NCBI GenBank assembly: GCA_038211355.1
Contig: JBBQVR010000001.1
Coordinates: forward strand, 491 to 64,490
DNA: 64,000 nt
Source of the DNA: Rhodobacterales bacterium
GTDB lineage: Bacteria > Pseudomonadota > Alphaproteobacteria > Rhodobacterales > Rhodobacteraceae
Reading direction: 5' to 3'
In this document: positions 26,418 through 35,936 of the stretch, in pieces
Position numbering within the stretch: position 1 is the stretch's first letter
How the letters are laid out: each line of letters begins with the position of its first letter
Notes under the pieces: model-generated
Told to the model about the DNA's origin: nothing
Seen by the model: the letters and a program-made list of their open reading frames with translations, nothing else
Databases searched by the model: none
Position numbers and translations under genes: made by a program

Positions 26418-29264
26418 TCAGGCAGCGTCCAGCACCGGGCGTAAAAGCTGCATCGGGTGGGCGCGCAGCGTCAGGCGCATGGCGAGGTAATCTTCAACCA
26501 CCGCCTCGCCCAGCGTCATCTCGCGGAAGGTGACGGCGGGTTCGGCGATGGCCTCCCCCTCCATGTCGGTGGCAAAGAGGGGCAGGGCGGGGCCGGGGGC
26601 CAGCGCCTCGGCGGCCCAAAGCGCATCGCGGCGCGCAAGGCCAAGGGCGGCGAAGGCATCAGCCTCGGCAAGGCGGGCCAGCACATCGGGCGCCACCCCG
26701 GCGCGGCGCCAGACATCCTGCACGGTGTGGTAGCCGTTGCCGCGGGCGCATGCGATCCAATGCGCCTCTTCCTCGGCCATGCCCTTGATCTGGCGAAAGC
26801 CAAGGCGGAGGGCCAGTTCGGGCGCGCCGTCCGGTGGGGTCAGCCATTCCATACGGTTGTCCCATTCGCTGGACTGGATACAGGGCGGCAGCACGATGAC
26901 CCCATGTTCGCGCGCATCGCGCACGATCTGGGCGGGGGCGTAAAAGCCCATCGGCTGGCTGTTCAGCAGCGCGCAGGCGAAGATGCCGGGGTGGTGGAAC
27001 TTGATCCAGGCAGAGGCGTAGACCAGCAGGGCAAAGCTTGCCGCATGGCTTTCGGGGAAACCGTAGCTGCCGAAGCCTTCGATCTGGGCAAAGCAGCGGC
27101 GGGCGAAATCCTCATCATAGCCGCGCGCCAGCATCCCGCCGATGAAACGGTCATGAAACTCGCTGACCGACCCGTGTTTCTTGAACGTGGCCAAGGACCT
27201 GCGCAGGCGGTCCGCCTCTTCGGGGGTGAAGCCCGCGCCGACGATGGCGATCTGCATGGCCTGTTCCTGAAACAGCGGCACGCCAAGGGTCTTGCCCAGC
27301 ACCTTGCCAAGCTCATCCGACGGAAAGCTGACCTGTTCCTGCCCGTTGCGCCGCCGCAGAAAGGGGTGGACCATATCCCCCTGAATCGGCCCTGGCCGGA
27401 TGATGGCGACCTGGATCACCAGGTCATAAAAGCAGCGCGGCCGCATCCGAGGCAGGAAGTTCATCTGGGCGCGGGATTCCACCTGAAAGACGCCAAGGCT
27501 GTCGGCGCGGCAGAGCATCCGGTAGGTCTCCGGATCCTCGGGTGGCAACGTGGCGAGCGTAAAGCGCTGATGGTGGTGCTGGTCCAGAAGGTCAAAGGCC
27601 TTGCGCAGGCAGGACAACATCCCCAGCGCCAGAATGTCGATCTTGAGGATCTTCAGCGTGTCGATATCGTCCTTGTCCCAGGGGATGATGGTGCGATCCT
27701 CCATCGTGGCGTTTTCCACGGGGCAAAGCTCATCCAGCCGGCCTTCGGTGATGATGAAGCCGCCGACGTGTTGCGACAGGTGGCGGGGGAAGCCCTGAAT
27801 TTCGTCGATCAGCGCCATGGTCTGGCGCAACCGGCGGTCCTTGGGGTCCAGTCCGATTTCGGCCAGCCGTGTGTCCGTCACCGCCCCCGGCCCGCCCCAG
27901 CCCCAGATCTGGCTGGACATGGCGGCAAGGGTGTCTTCCGAAAGGCCCATGGCGCGGCCCACCTCACGCACGGCGCGCTTGCCCCGGTAGTGGATGACGG
28001 TGGCGCAAAGGCCCGCGCGGTGGCGGCCGTATTTTTCGTAGATGTGCTGGATCACCTCTTCGCGGCGTTCATGTTCGAAATCGACGTCGATATCGGGCGG
28101 TTCATTCCGCGCCTCAGAGATGAAACGCTCAAAGACCATGGTGCCGATCTCGGGGGAAACCGAAGTGACGCCAAGCGCGTAGCACACGACCGAATTGGCG
28201 GCGGACCCGCGCCCCTGACACAGGATGCCGCGTGAGCGGGCGAAGGCCACGATGTCGTGGACGGTCAGGAAGTAGGGTTCATACCGCAGCTTGCCGATCA
28301 GGGTCAGCTCATGCGCCATCTGGGCGCGAGCCTTGTCGGGTGGGCCTTCGGGATAACGCCAGTGCAGGCCTGCGTCGGCCAGACGGGCAAGGCGCTGTTG
28401 GGCCGTCTCACCCTCTGCATTTTCGGACGGGTAGTCGTAGCGCAACTCATCCAGCGAAAAGGCGGCGCGGGTGGCCACTTCTTCGGCGCGGGTGACGGCG
28501 GAGGCGTGGCCCTTGAAGATGCGCAACATCTCGGCCCCGGACCGCAGGCGGCCTTCGTTGTTCGGCAGCGCGCGGCGGCCCAGTTTGTCGACCGGCACGC
28601 CAAGGCGGATGGCGGTCAGCACATCGGCCAGACGGCGGCGGGACCCGTGGTGCAGAAAGGGCAGGCCACTGGCGACGGTGGGGATGCCGATATGGTCGGC
28701 CAGGGCGGCAAGGCGGCGGAAGTGGTCCTGATCCTGGCCATCATAGCGCGGGGCCAAAAGCAGGCTGACCTGACCGGGAAAGTGCTGCGCCAGCCTGCGG
28801 GCATGGGACTGCCAGCGGGCCTTGTCCATCATCGGTTCGGGCGGCGCTTCGGCAAGGGTCAGGCGCTGGCCGGGGGGAAGGATCAGCATCTCAAGCCCCG
28901 CGCCCCAGTCCAAGAGGTCGGCAAGGTGCAGCGTGCAATCGCCCTTGGCGGCGCGCAGGCGGCCAAGGCTGAGCAGACGGCAGAGCCGCCCCCAGGCCGT
29001 CCGGTCACGCGGCAGGCAGGTGAGCTGAAAGCCGTCGGCCAGGATGATCCGCGCGGCCGGGATGAGGCGGATGCGCGGGCCGCCATCGCGGGCAAGCTCA
29101 CGCGTGCGGGTATGGGCGCGCACGATCCCGGCGACTGAGTTTACATCCGCCACCGCCAGCGCAGGCATGCCCATTTCGGCGGCACGGGTCATCATCTCTT
29201 CGGGGTGGGAGGCCCCGGTGAGGAAGGTGAAGTTCGTGAGCGCAGAAAGTTCGACGAAGGGCAT
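26418..29264 (-). CDS. dnaE2: Error-prone DNA polymerase DnaE2, 948 aa, ending before the usual OB-fold
   Basis: Degenerate PHP (NFTFLTGASHPEE), GRGSAANS, PPDIDVDFE, HLSQHVGG, KIDILALG, GSYGFPESH, NSQPMGFY. Confidence 0.92.
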   Translation of the reverse strand: MPFVELSALTNFTFLTGASHPEEMMTRAAEMGMPALAVADVNSVAGIVRAHTRTRELARDGGPRIRLIPAARIILADGFQLTCLPRDRTAWGRLCRLLSLGRLRAAKGDCTLHLADLLDWGAGLEMLILPPGQRLTLAEAPPEPMMDKARWQSHARRLAQHFPGQVSLLLAPRYDGQDQDHFRRLAALADHIGIPTVASGLPFLHHGSRRRLADVLTAIRLGVPVDKLGRRALPNNEGRLRSGAEMLRIFKGHASAVTRAEEVATRAAFSLDELRYDYPSENAEGETAQQRLARLADAGLHWRYPEGPPDKARAQMAHELTLIGKLRYEPYFLTVHDIVAFARSRGILCQGRGSAANSVVCYALGVTSVSPEIGTMVFERFISEARNEPPDIDVDFEHERREEVIQHIYEKYGRHRAGLCATVIHYRGKRAVREVGRAMGLSEDTLAAMSSQIWGWGGPGAVTDTRLAEIGLDPKDRRLRQTMALIDEIQGFPRHLSQHVGGFIITEGRLDELCPVENATMEDRTIIPWDKDDIDTLKILKIDILALGMLSCLRKAFDLLDQHHHQRFTLATLPPEDPETYRMLCRADSLGVFQVESRAQMNFLPRMRPRCFYDLVIQVAIIRPGPIQGDMVHPFLRRRNGQEQVSFPSDELGKVLGKTLGVPLFQEQAMQIAIVGAGFTPEEADRLRRSLATFKKHGSVSEFHDRFIGGMLARGYDEDFARRCFAQIEGFGSYGFPESHAASFALLVYASAWIKFHHPGIFACALLNSQPMGFYAPAQIVRDAREHGVIVLPPCIQSSEWDNRMEWLTPPDGAPELALRLGFRQIKGMAEEEAHWIACARGNGYHTVQDVWRRAGVAPDVLARLAEADAFAALGLARRDALWAAEALAPGPALPLFATDMEGEAIAEPAVTFREMTLGEAVVEDYLAMRLTLRAHPMQLLRPVLDAA

Positions 29265-29311
29265 GGGCGATTCAGGTCTATGGCGGCTGGGGATACGGCG
29301 ACTCAGTTCCG

Positions 29312-29326
29312 GAACAAAGAAAGAAC
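29312..29326 (-). promoter_or_regulatory. Alphaproteobacterial LexA (SOS) box upstream of dnaE2
   Basis: GAAC-AAAGAAA-GAAC (GTTC-N7-GTTC on the coding strand), about 50 bp upstream of the ATG. Confidence 0.85.
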
Positions 29327-29500
29327 ATTTTGTCATGTCCGCGCCCTTCAGGCCAGCGGCATCGTGGGGCCCGGACGGTTGTGAAATTGAGCGCGTGCCG
29401 CGCATGCCTTTTGTCTCGCGTTTTGTGCGTGAAGGACGCACAAAACGCTCGGTCAGGGCCTCCGGCGGGGATATTTGGGCAAATGTGAAAGGGCAAAGGC

Positions 29501-30721
29501 TCAGCGCAGGAGGCTGAGAACCTCAAGGCTGGGGTAGCCGTCGGGCACCAGGCTGCGCGCGGTCTGGAAGGCCTTGACGGCTGCGATGGTCTTGGGGCCC
29601 ATCCGGCCATCGACGCCACCCGGGTCAAACCCGGCCGTTCCTAGCAGGTCCTGAAGCTCTTTGCGTTCGTCGAGGGTGAGGGCGCGCAAGTCACGCGGCC
29701 AGGTCGCGGCGATTGGAGGGCCACCCTTCAGCCGGTCAGCCAGATGGCCGATGCCGATGATGTAGGCGTCGGCCGTGTTATACTTTTCGATCACCTGGAA
29801 GTTCGGGAAAATCAGGAAGGCCGCACCCCGGTGACCGCCGGGCAGAAGGATCGACCCGGGGCCATGATCGGGCAAGTCACCGCCGGTTGCGGTGCGGACG
29901 CCCATCGCCTGCCAGTCGGGCACGGGCTCTACCACACGCTCGGTCGTCTGGTCGTAGTCAAAGCCTTGCGGCAGCGTGACCTCCAGCCCCCAGGGTTGGC
30001 CCGTCGTCCAGCCCCAATGCCGCAGATAGTTGGCGGTCGAGGCCAGGGCATCGCCCGGGTCCTCGCCCCAGAGGTTGCGTTTGCCGTCACCGTCAAAGTC
30101 GACGGCGAAAGCCTCCCAGCTGGAGGGCATGAACTGGGTATGCCCGCTTGCCCCCGCCCATGAGCCGGCAAATGCCTTCACATGACCGCCGTCCACGATC
30201 TTGAGGGCGGCAATCAGCTCTGCCTCGAAGAAGGCCCCACGCCGCCCGTCATAGGCCAGCGTGGCAAGGGACCCCAACACTGGCAGATCGCCGCGATAGG
30301 TGCCGTAGGCGCTTTCCAGCCCCCAGACGGCGGCAAGGATTTCCGCCTCTACCCCGTAGTCGGCGGCAATCGCGTCCAGCAGGTCACGGTGCTGCGCCAT
30401 TGCCTTGATGCCAAGCGCCACCCGGTCTTCGGACACTGCGGTGTCGAGGTAGTCCCAGATGGTCTTGGAGAATTCGTTCTGGTTGCGGTCGCGTTCTACG
30501 ACCTTGGGGTTGAAGTCCACCCTGCGCAGCGCGGCATCAAACACCGCCGCAGGCACCCCTGCCGCCAAGGCGCGCGGGCGAAACCCCCGCACCCAGGCCT
30601 CAAGCCCCGTTTGCGTGCCCATCTTCGCCTCTCCCTGCGGGGCATCGGGCAGGATCGTCTGCGCCGATGCCGAAGACATGCCCAGCATTCCGCACAGGAT
30701 TGCCCTGAAAGCCCGCTTCAT
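29501..30721 (-). CDS. Lytic murein transglycosylase (MltB/SLT_2 family) with C-terminal PG-binding domain
   Basis: AVWGLESAYG, GSWAGASGHTQFMPS, VDFDGDGKRNLW, YNTADAY; GFDPGGVDGRMGPKT. Confidence 0.9.
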   Translation of the reverse strand: MKRAFRAILCGMLGMSSASAQTILPDAPQGEAKMGTQTGLEAWVRGFRPRALAAGVPAAVFDAALRRVDFNPKVVERDRNQNEFSKTIWDYLDTAVSEDRVALGIKAMAQHRDLLDAIAADYGVEAEILAAVWGLESAYGTYRGDLPVLGSLATLAYDGRRGAFFEAELIAALKIVDGGHVKAFAGSWAGASGHTQFMPSSWEAFAVDFDGDGKRNLWGEDPGDALASTANYLRHWGWTTGQPWGLEVTLPQGFDYDQTTERVVEPVPDWQAMGVRTATGGDLPDHGPGSILLPGGHRGAAFLIFPNFQVIEKYNTADAYIIGIGHLADRLKGGPPIAATWPRDLRALTLDERKELQDLLGTAGFDPGGVDGRMGPKTIAAVKAFQTARSLVPDGYPSLEVLSLLR

Positions 30722-30825
30722 TCCGTCGCCTGCCCCATACCTGTTCGCCAAAGTTCACCTGAAATCGTGCTTCCTTTCTGCACAAGTATCCCACAGGGGT
30801 GCGGGGGTGTGAAACCCCCGCTCCG

Positions 30826-33057
30826 TCATTTCCGCCGACGCAGCACCCGCCGTTTCGCCTCGGCCTGGGCGGGCTTGCGCGGCTGATACTTCCCCGGCTT
30901 GCGCCCGGCTGGTCGCAGCGTGGCGCCCTCAACCGACAAAAGGTCAAGGATCAGCCCGCCGGTCACCGGCACCGCCTCGGCCAGCCGCACCAGCACCTTT
31001 TGCCCGATGCCAAGGGTCACGCCGCTTTCCGATCCGGTCAACGTCTGGCTGGTCTCATCGTAGTGGAAGAACTCTCGCCCGATGGCGCGGATCGGGATCA
31101 GGCCATCTGCCCCCGTCTCATCCAGCCGCACGAAAAGACCGAACCGCTGCACACCCGAGATGCGCCCGGCAAATTCTGCCCCCACCCGGTCTGCAAGATA
31201 GGCGGCCAGATAGCGGTCGGTCGTATCCCGCTCTGCCGCCATGCTGCGGCGCTCGGCGTCCGAGATCAGTTTGCCGGTCTCCTGAAGGTTCTCGATATCC
31301 CAGTGGGAAAGACCATCCGCCCCCCAGCCATGCCCGCCAATCAGCGCGCGGTGGACGATCAGGTCGGAATAGCGCCGGATCGGACTGGTGAAATGCGCGT
31401 AGTTCCGCAAGGCCAGACCGAAATGCCCAAAATTCTCGGGGTGGTAATAGGCCTGGGTCATCGACCGCAGGGTCGACAGGTTGATGAGTTCGTCAAACTC
31501 TGTCCCCTGCGCCTGTGAGAGCAGCCGGTTCAGATGCTGGGTCTTCAGCACCTGCCCCTTGGCAAGCGTCATCCCGGCGCCCTCGGCCACCTCGCGCAGC
31601 GCATCCAGCTTCATCGGGGACGGCTCTTCATGCACGCGAAACAGCAAGGGCCGCTTCAGGCGGATCAACTCTTCGGCGGCGGCGACGTTCGCCAGCACCA
31701 TGAATTCCTCGATCAGCTTGTGGGCATCCAGCCGGTCCTTGAACGCGACCGAGGCAACGCGGCCCGCCTCATCCAGCACGATCTTGCGTTCGGGCAGGTC
31801 CAGTTCCAGCGGCTGGCGCAGCTGACGCGCCCGCACAAGGGCGGCGTAGGCGGCGTAAAGCGGGCGCAGAACCGGTTCCAGCAAGGGCCCGGTCACGTCA
31901 TCGGGGCTGCCGTCAATCGCCGCTTGCACCCGCTCATAACTTAGCGAGGCGGCCGACCGCATCAGCCCTCGCACAAACCGGTGGCTGCGCTTGGCCCCAC
32001 CTTCGTCAATCACCATGCGGACGGCCAGACAGGCGCGATCTACGCCTTCGTGCAAGGAACACAGATCGCCCGACAGGATATCGGGCAGCATCGGCACCAC
32101 GCGGTCGGGAAAGTAGGTCGAGTTGCCGCGTTTGCGCGCCTCACGGTCCAGGGCTGACCCCGGCGTGACGTAATGCGCCACATCGGCGATGGCGACCCAG
32201 AGGATAAAGCCACCGGGATTGCCTGGATCAGTATCGGCCTCGGCCAGCACGGCGTCATCACGGTCGCGGGCATCGGCGGGGTCGATGGTCAGCAATGGCA
32301 GGTTGCGCAGGTCTTCGCGGCCTTTCAGGTCCACGGGTTCGGCGCGGTCCGCCTCAAGGATCACTGCATCAGGGAACTGGTCGGGAATCCCGTGCTGGTG
32401 GATTGCAATCAGGCTGGCCGCGCGGGGGCCCGAAGGGTCACCCAGCCGGGCCACGATCCGCGCCGCAGGCAGGCCCAGACGGCGGGCACCGATGGCCTCG
32501 GCCTCGACCAACTCACCGTCCTTGGCCCCCATCGTCAGGTCGGATGACACGCGCCATTCCTTGTCTGACCCCTTCTCGATCGGCTGGATGCGGCCCCCTT
32601 CCGCATTCACCCGGAAGACCCCCAGCACCTTGGCCGGGTTCGACCCCAGCTTGCGGATCAGCCGCGCTTCATACGCGTAGTCGTCCAGATCCACCTTCGC
32701 CAGCCGTGCCAGAATACGGTCGCCACCCCCAAGGGCCGGATCGCCCTTCTTTGCGATAATCAGGATGCGGGGGCTGTCATCTACCCCTTCCTCCAGCGGC
32801 CGCGCGTAAAGATCGCCCGCACTGTCCGGTGGCAGCACTTGCAGCACGGCAACGGGGGGCAGCACGCCCGCCTCGTGGAACCGGCGCATGGTCTTTTCGA
32901 CCACGCCTTCGCCCTCAAGCTCGTGCAGCAGGCGCTTCAGCTCGATCCGGCCATCGCCCTTGATGCCAAAGGCCTTGGCAATGTCGCGCTTGGCCGAAAG
33001 GCCGGGGTTTTCACTGATCCACTGGCGGATCTGGTCTTTGGAGGGCAGATTTTTCAT
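30826..33057 (-). CDS. rnr: Ribonuclease R
   Basis: TIDPADARDRDDA, AIADVAHYV, RGNSTYFP, HFTSPIRRYSD, C-terminal S1 domain. Confidence 0.95.
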   Translation of the reverse strand: MKNLPSKDQIRQWISENPGLSAKRDIAKAFGIKGDGRIELKRLLHELEGEGVVEKTMRRFHEAGVLPPVAVLQVLPPDSAGDLYARPLEEGVDDSPRILIIAKKGDPALGGGDRILARLAKVDLDDYAYEARLIRKLGSNPAKVLGVFRVNAEGGRIQPIEKGSDKEWRVSSDLTMGAKDGELVEAEAIGARRLGLPAARIVARLGDPSGPRAASLIAIHQHGIPDQFPDAVILEADRAEPVDLKGREDLRNLPLLTIDPADARDRDDAVLAEADTDPGNPGGFILWVAIADVAHYVTPGSALDREARKRGNSTYFPDRVVPMLPDILSGDLCSLHEGVDRACLAVRMVIDEGGAKRSHRFVRGLMRSAASLSYERVQAAIDGSPDDVTGPLLEPVLRPLYAAYAALVRARQLRQPLELDLPERKIVLDEAGRVASVAFKDRLDAHKLIEEFMVLANVAAAEELIRLKRPLLFRVHEEPSPMKLDALREVAEGAGMTLAKGQVLKTQHLNRLLSQAQGTEFDELINLSTLRSMTQAYYHPENFGHFGLALRNYAHFTSPIRRYSDLIVHRALIGGHGWGADGLSHWDIENLQETGKLISDAERRSMAAERDTTDRYLAAYLADRVGAEFAGRISGVQRFGLFVRLDETGADGLIPIRAIGREFFHYDETSQTLTGSESGVTLGIGQKVLVRLAEAVPVTGGLILDLLSVEGATLRPAGRKPGKYQPRKPAQAEAKRRVLRRRK

Positions 33058-33113
33058 CCATCCCCCCTAGCATGGTGCCAGCCCAAAGCCCATCCCCTCA
33101 GCCAATGGCGGAC

Positions 33114-33506
33114 CTACAGCAGCGCCATCACCGCGCCGACAAGGCCCATTCCGATCAGGATGACGATGGCAAAGAACTGCGCCCCGAAGGCCGGTCCGCG
33201 GGATGCCGGATTGGCCATGTACAACGTCAGATAGGCAACCCGCGCCAGAACCCAGACCAGCCCGACGACCGCAGCCCAAAGATCGCTCATCCACAGGGCG
33301 GCCATCCACAGCGCGGGCAGGATCGCAGGCGCCGTTTCGACCGCATTCATTTGCACGCGCAAGGCACGCTCCAACAGCGGGTCGCCGGTCACGGCAGGGG
33401 CGGAAATCTTGACCTTGCCCCGGACGATGCTGACGTTGATCGCAACCCACAGATAATAAAGCGCAATCAGCAGCGTGACGAGCGAGGTGTAAACCGGCAG
33501 TTGCAT
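33114..33506 (-). CDS. MAPEG family membrane protein
   Basis: 4 TM; ERALRVQMNAVE motif. Confidence 0.75.
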   Translation of the reverse strand: MQLPVYTSLVTLLIALYYLWVAINVSIVRGKVKISAPAVTGDPLLERALRVQMNAVETAPAILPALWMAALWMSDLWAAVVGLVWVLARVAYLTLYMANPASRGPAFGAQFFAIVILIGMGLVGAVMALL

Positions 33507-33608
33507 GTCAGGTCCTTCAAAGGTGGCGATGGTTCCCAGATACCCGGCGGCGGCCGCAAAAGCCAGCGGCTGCAGGCGCGGACCTCGGCTATCCGGCGCT
33601 ACACCATG

Positions 33609-34040
33609 TCACAGGTCCAGAACCATCTCTCGGTGCGGAATTCCGGCGTCGGTGAACGCATCGCCGACCACGCGGAACCCCAGCTTTTCGTAAAACCCCG
33701 TCGCATGGGATTGCGCACCAAGGGTGGCAAGGGTCACCGCCGGCTGACCGCGCAGGACGTCAATCGCTGCCCGGATCAGGCTTGCGCCAAGGCCGGTGCC
33801 CCGCGCGGTGGCGCGCACGCAGACCCGGCCGATCTTGCCGGTGTCACCCTTGAGCAAAAGCCGCGCGGTGCCAACCGGGGCATCGCCCACATAGGCCAGA
33901 AGGTGTATGGCGGTATCGTCCAGCCCGTCCACCTCATCGGCCTCGCTGACGCCTTGCTCTTGGATGAACACCTCACGCCGCAGGGCGCGGCAGGTGGCGA
34001 TGTCACGGGTGACTTCGATGCGGATTGCGGGCTCGGTCAC
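33609..34040 (-). CDS. GNAT N-acetyltransferase (ElaA/YjcF-like)
   Basis: [19 protein letters not shown]...[19 protein letters not shown]. Confidence 0.88.
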   Translation of the reverse strand: MTEPAIRIEVTRDIATCRALRREVFIQEQGVSEADEVDGLDDTAIHLLAYVGDAPVGTARLLLKGDTGKIGRVCVRATARGTGLGASLIRAAIDVLRGQPAVTLATLGAQSHATGFYEKLGFRVVGDAFTDAGIPHREMVLDL

Positions 34041-35188
34041 GCGAAGTAATCCTGCAGGATGCGTCCATAGATCGCTTTCAGGGTGTGGATGTGGGCCACC
34101 TCGACGCGTTCATCCACCTGATGCATGGTCTTGCCGACCAGCCCGAATTCCACCACCGGGCAGTGATCCTTGACAAAGCGCGCGTCCGACGTGCCGCCGC
34201 TGGTGGACGCCACCGGCTTGCGCCCGGTTTCCGCCTGCACCGCCGCCGCGACCAGCGCCGACAATTCGCCGGGCGGGGTCAGGAACGCCTCGCCCGAGAT
34301 GCTGATCTTCAGCGCGATCTCGACCCCGGTCGCTTCGGCCACGGCCTCGGCCTCGGAGCGCAGCCAGGAGGAAAGGGTCTCGCCAGAATGGGTGTCGTTG
34401 AAGCGGATGTTGACCGTTGCCGTCGCCCGCGCGGGGATGACGTTGTTGGCCGGATTGCCGCAGTCGATGGTGGTGATCGCCAGCGTCGAGGGGTCGAAAT
34501 GCTGCGTGCCCCGGTCCAGCGGTTCGGCATCCAGCTTGGCCAGAAGCTTGACCATCGCGGTCAAGGGGTTCTTCGCCCGGTGCGGATAGGCGCTGTGCCC
34601 TTGCACGCCCGTCGCCGTGATCTGCGCGGTCATCGACCCACGGCGGCCGATCTTCATCATCTCGCCCATCTCGTTCGGGCAGGTCGGTTCGCCGACCAGG
34701 CAATCGGTCATCCGTTCGCCGTTGAAGGCCATCCAGTCCAGAATGGCGAGTGTGCCATCCCGCCCCTCGCCTTCCTCGTCACCCGTAATCGCCAGGATCA
34801 CTGCGCCGTCGGGGGGCGTGGTCTGCACGAAATCCACCGCTGCCGCGACAAAGGCCGCCACGGCAGACTTCATGTCGCAGGCGCCACGGCCATACATCAC
34901 GCCGTCTTCAACCTCGGCACCGAAGGGGTCATGCGTCCAGGCGGCGGCATCGCCCACCGGGACCACATCGGTATGCCCGTTAAAGCCGAAGGACCGGTTT
35001 GCCCCGGGCTTGCCCCAGCGGGCATAGAGATTGGCAATGCCACCCCGGTCCACCCGGGTGCAACTGAACCCCGCCGTTGCCAAAACGTCCGCCAGCAAGG
35101 CAATCGCCCCGCCTTCGGCCGGAGTGACCGAAGGGCAGCGGATCAGTCGGGCAGTCAGATCGACGGGGTCAAGCAAGGATGGGGGCAT
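34037..35188 (-). CDS. dapE: Succinyl-diaminopimelate desuccinylase
   Basis: [53 protein letters not shown]. Confidence 0.93.
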   Translation of the reverse strand: MPPSLLDPVDLTARLIRCPSVTPAEGGAIALLADVLATAGFSCTRVDRGGIANLYARWGKPGANRSFGFNGHTDVVPVGDAAAWTHDPFGAEVEDGVMYGRGACDMKSAVAAFVAAAVDFVQTTPPDGAVILAITGDEEGEGRDGTLAILDWMAFNGERMTDCLVGEPTCPNEMGEMMKIGRRGSMTAQITATGVQGHSAYPHRAKNPLTAMVKLLAKLDAEPLDRGTQHFDPSTLAITTIDCGNPANNVIPARATATVNIRFNDTHSGETLSSWLRSEAEAVAEATGVEIALKISISGEAFLTPPGELSALVAAAVQAETGRKPVASTSGGTSDARFVKDHCPVVEFGLVGKTMHQVDERVEVAHIHTLKAIYGRILQDYFA

Positions 35189-35290
35189 GCAGTGTTCCAG
35201 GCAATTTCTTGATTTGGGACCCGTAGCGGCTTCGACAGCGGGCTGCAACCGGAACGGGTGGCCAGCCCCCATGCAGGGCAGGGGTGGGGG

Positions 35291-35704
35291 TCAATCGAAG
35301 AAGGGTGTCATCTCGGCCACGATGACCGAGTTTTCGGCCAGCGCGCGCTGCATCAGGGCCTGTTCTTCGGGGTCGATCTCATCGCCGGCCTTAAGGCGTT
35401 CCTCAAGGGTGCCGTGGCCGGTCACCTCAAGCGGGGAAAGATCGGCCTCTTTCAGGATGGCAACGGTTTCGCGCACCGCCTCGGCCTCATCCACGCCGCT
35501 GGCATAGATCAGAAGGCCGGCACCCGTGGCCTTTTCTGGCAGTCCATCCCCGGCCTTGCGGCCAACCTCGACCACCAGGGTGTAGACCTGCTGGGGGCGC
35601 TTGAGGCGTGGGGTGCCCGTTGCATCACCAGCGGTCGCATCACTGGCGGTCGCATCACTGGCGGTCAAGGCCGCCTCATCGTTGTCTTCGCTACCGTTGT
35701 CCAT
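35291..35704 (-). CDS. Hypothetical protein
   Basis: Acidic ORF with plausible composition; contains a 15-bp in-frame repeat (ASDAT). Confidence 0.65.
   Translation of the reverse strand: MDNGSEDNDEAALTASDATASDATAGDATGTPRLKRPQQVYTLVVEVGRKAGDGLPEKATGAGLLIYASGVDEAEAVRETVAILKEADLSPLEVTGHGTLEERLKAGDEIDPEEQALMQRALAENSVIVAEMTPFFD
35622..35666. repeat. 15-bp in-frame tandem repeat x3
   Basis: GCATCACCAGCGGTC GCATCACTGGCGGTC GCATCACTGGCGGTC. Confidence 0.8.
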
Positions 35705-35936
35705 GCCTTACCCCCAACGCCCCCTGTCGAAGTGGCGGGGGCGCATGCGTTTGTCAATGGTGGCCACTATCCGGACGAAAGGGCCACATAGGAGCCAAAA
35801 GTTTGTCTCAATTTCACATTAGAATTATGGGGTGGTTTAGCAGTGCTAAAGAACCTTGCGGTGACTGTGGCTGCAAACAATGTGACGTGTTTTTGGGTGT
35901 AGGGCTGGGCTTCGGGCCTGGGCGTAGGGGTCTATC

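Noticed and set aside
26401-26419. GTTC...GTTC as a second LexA box
   Set aside because: The spacer is 11 nt, not 7, and it lies at the 3' end of the gene.
35790-35936. Riboswitch (e.g. c-di-GMP) or CtrA site upstream of the Hint protein
   Set aside because: No match to the c-di-GMP-I/II consensus and no TTAA-N7-TTAA.
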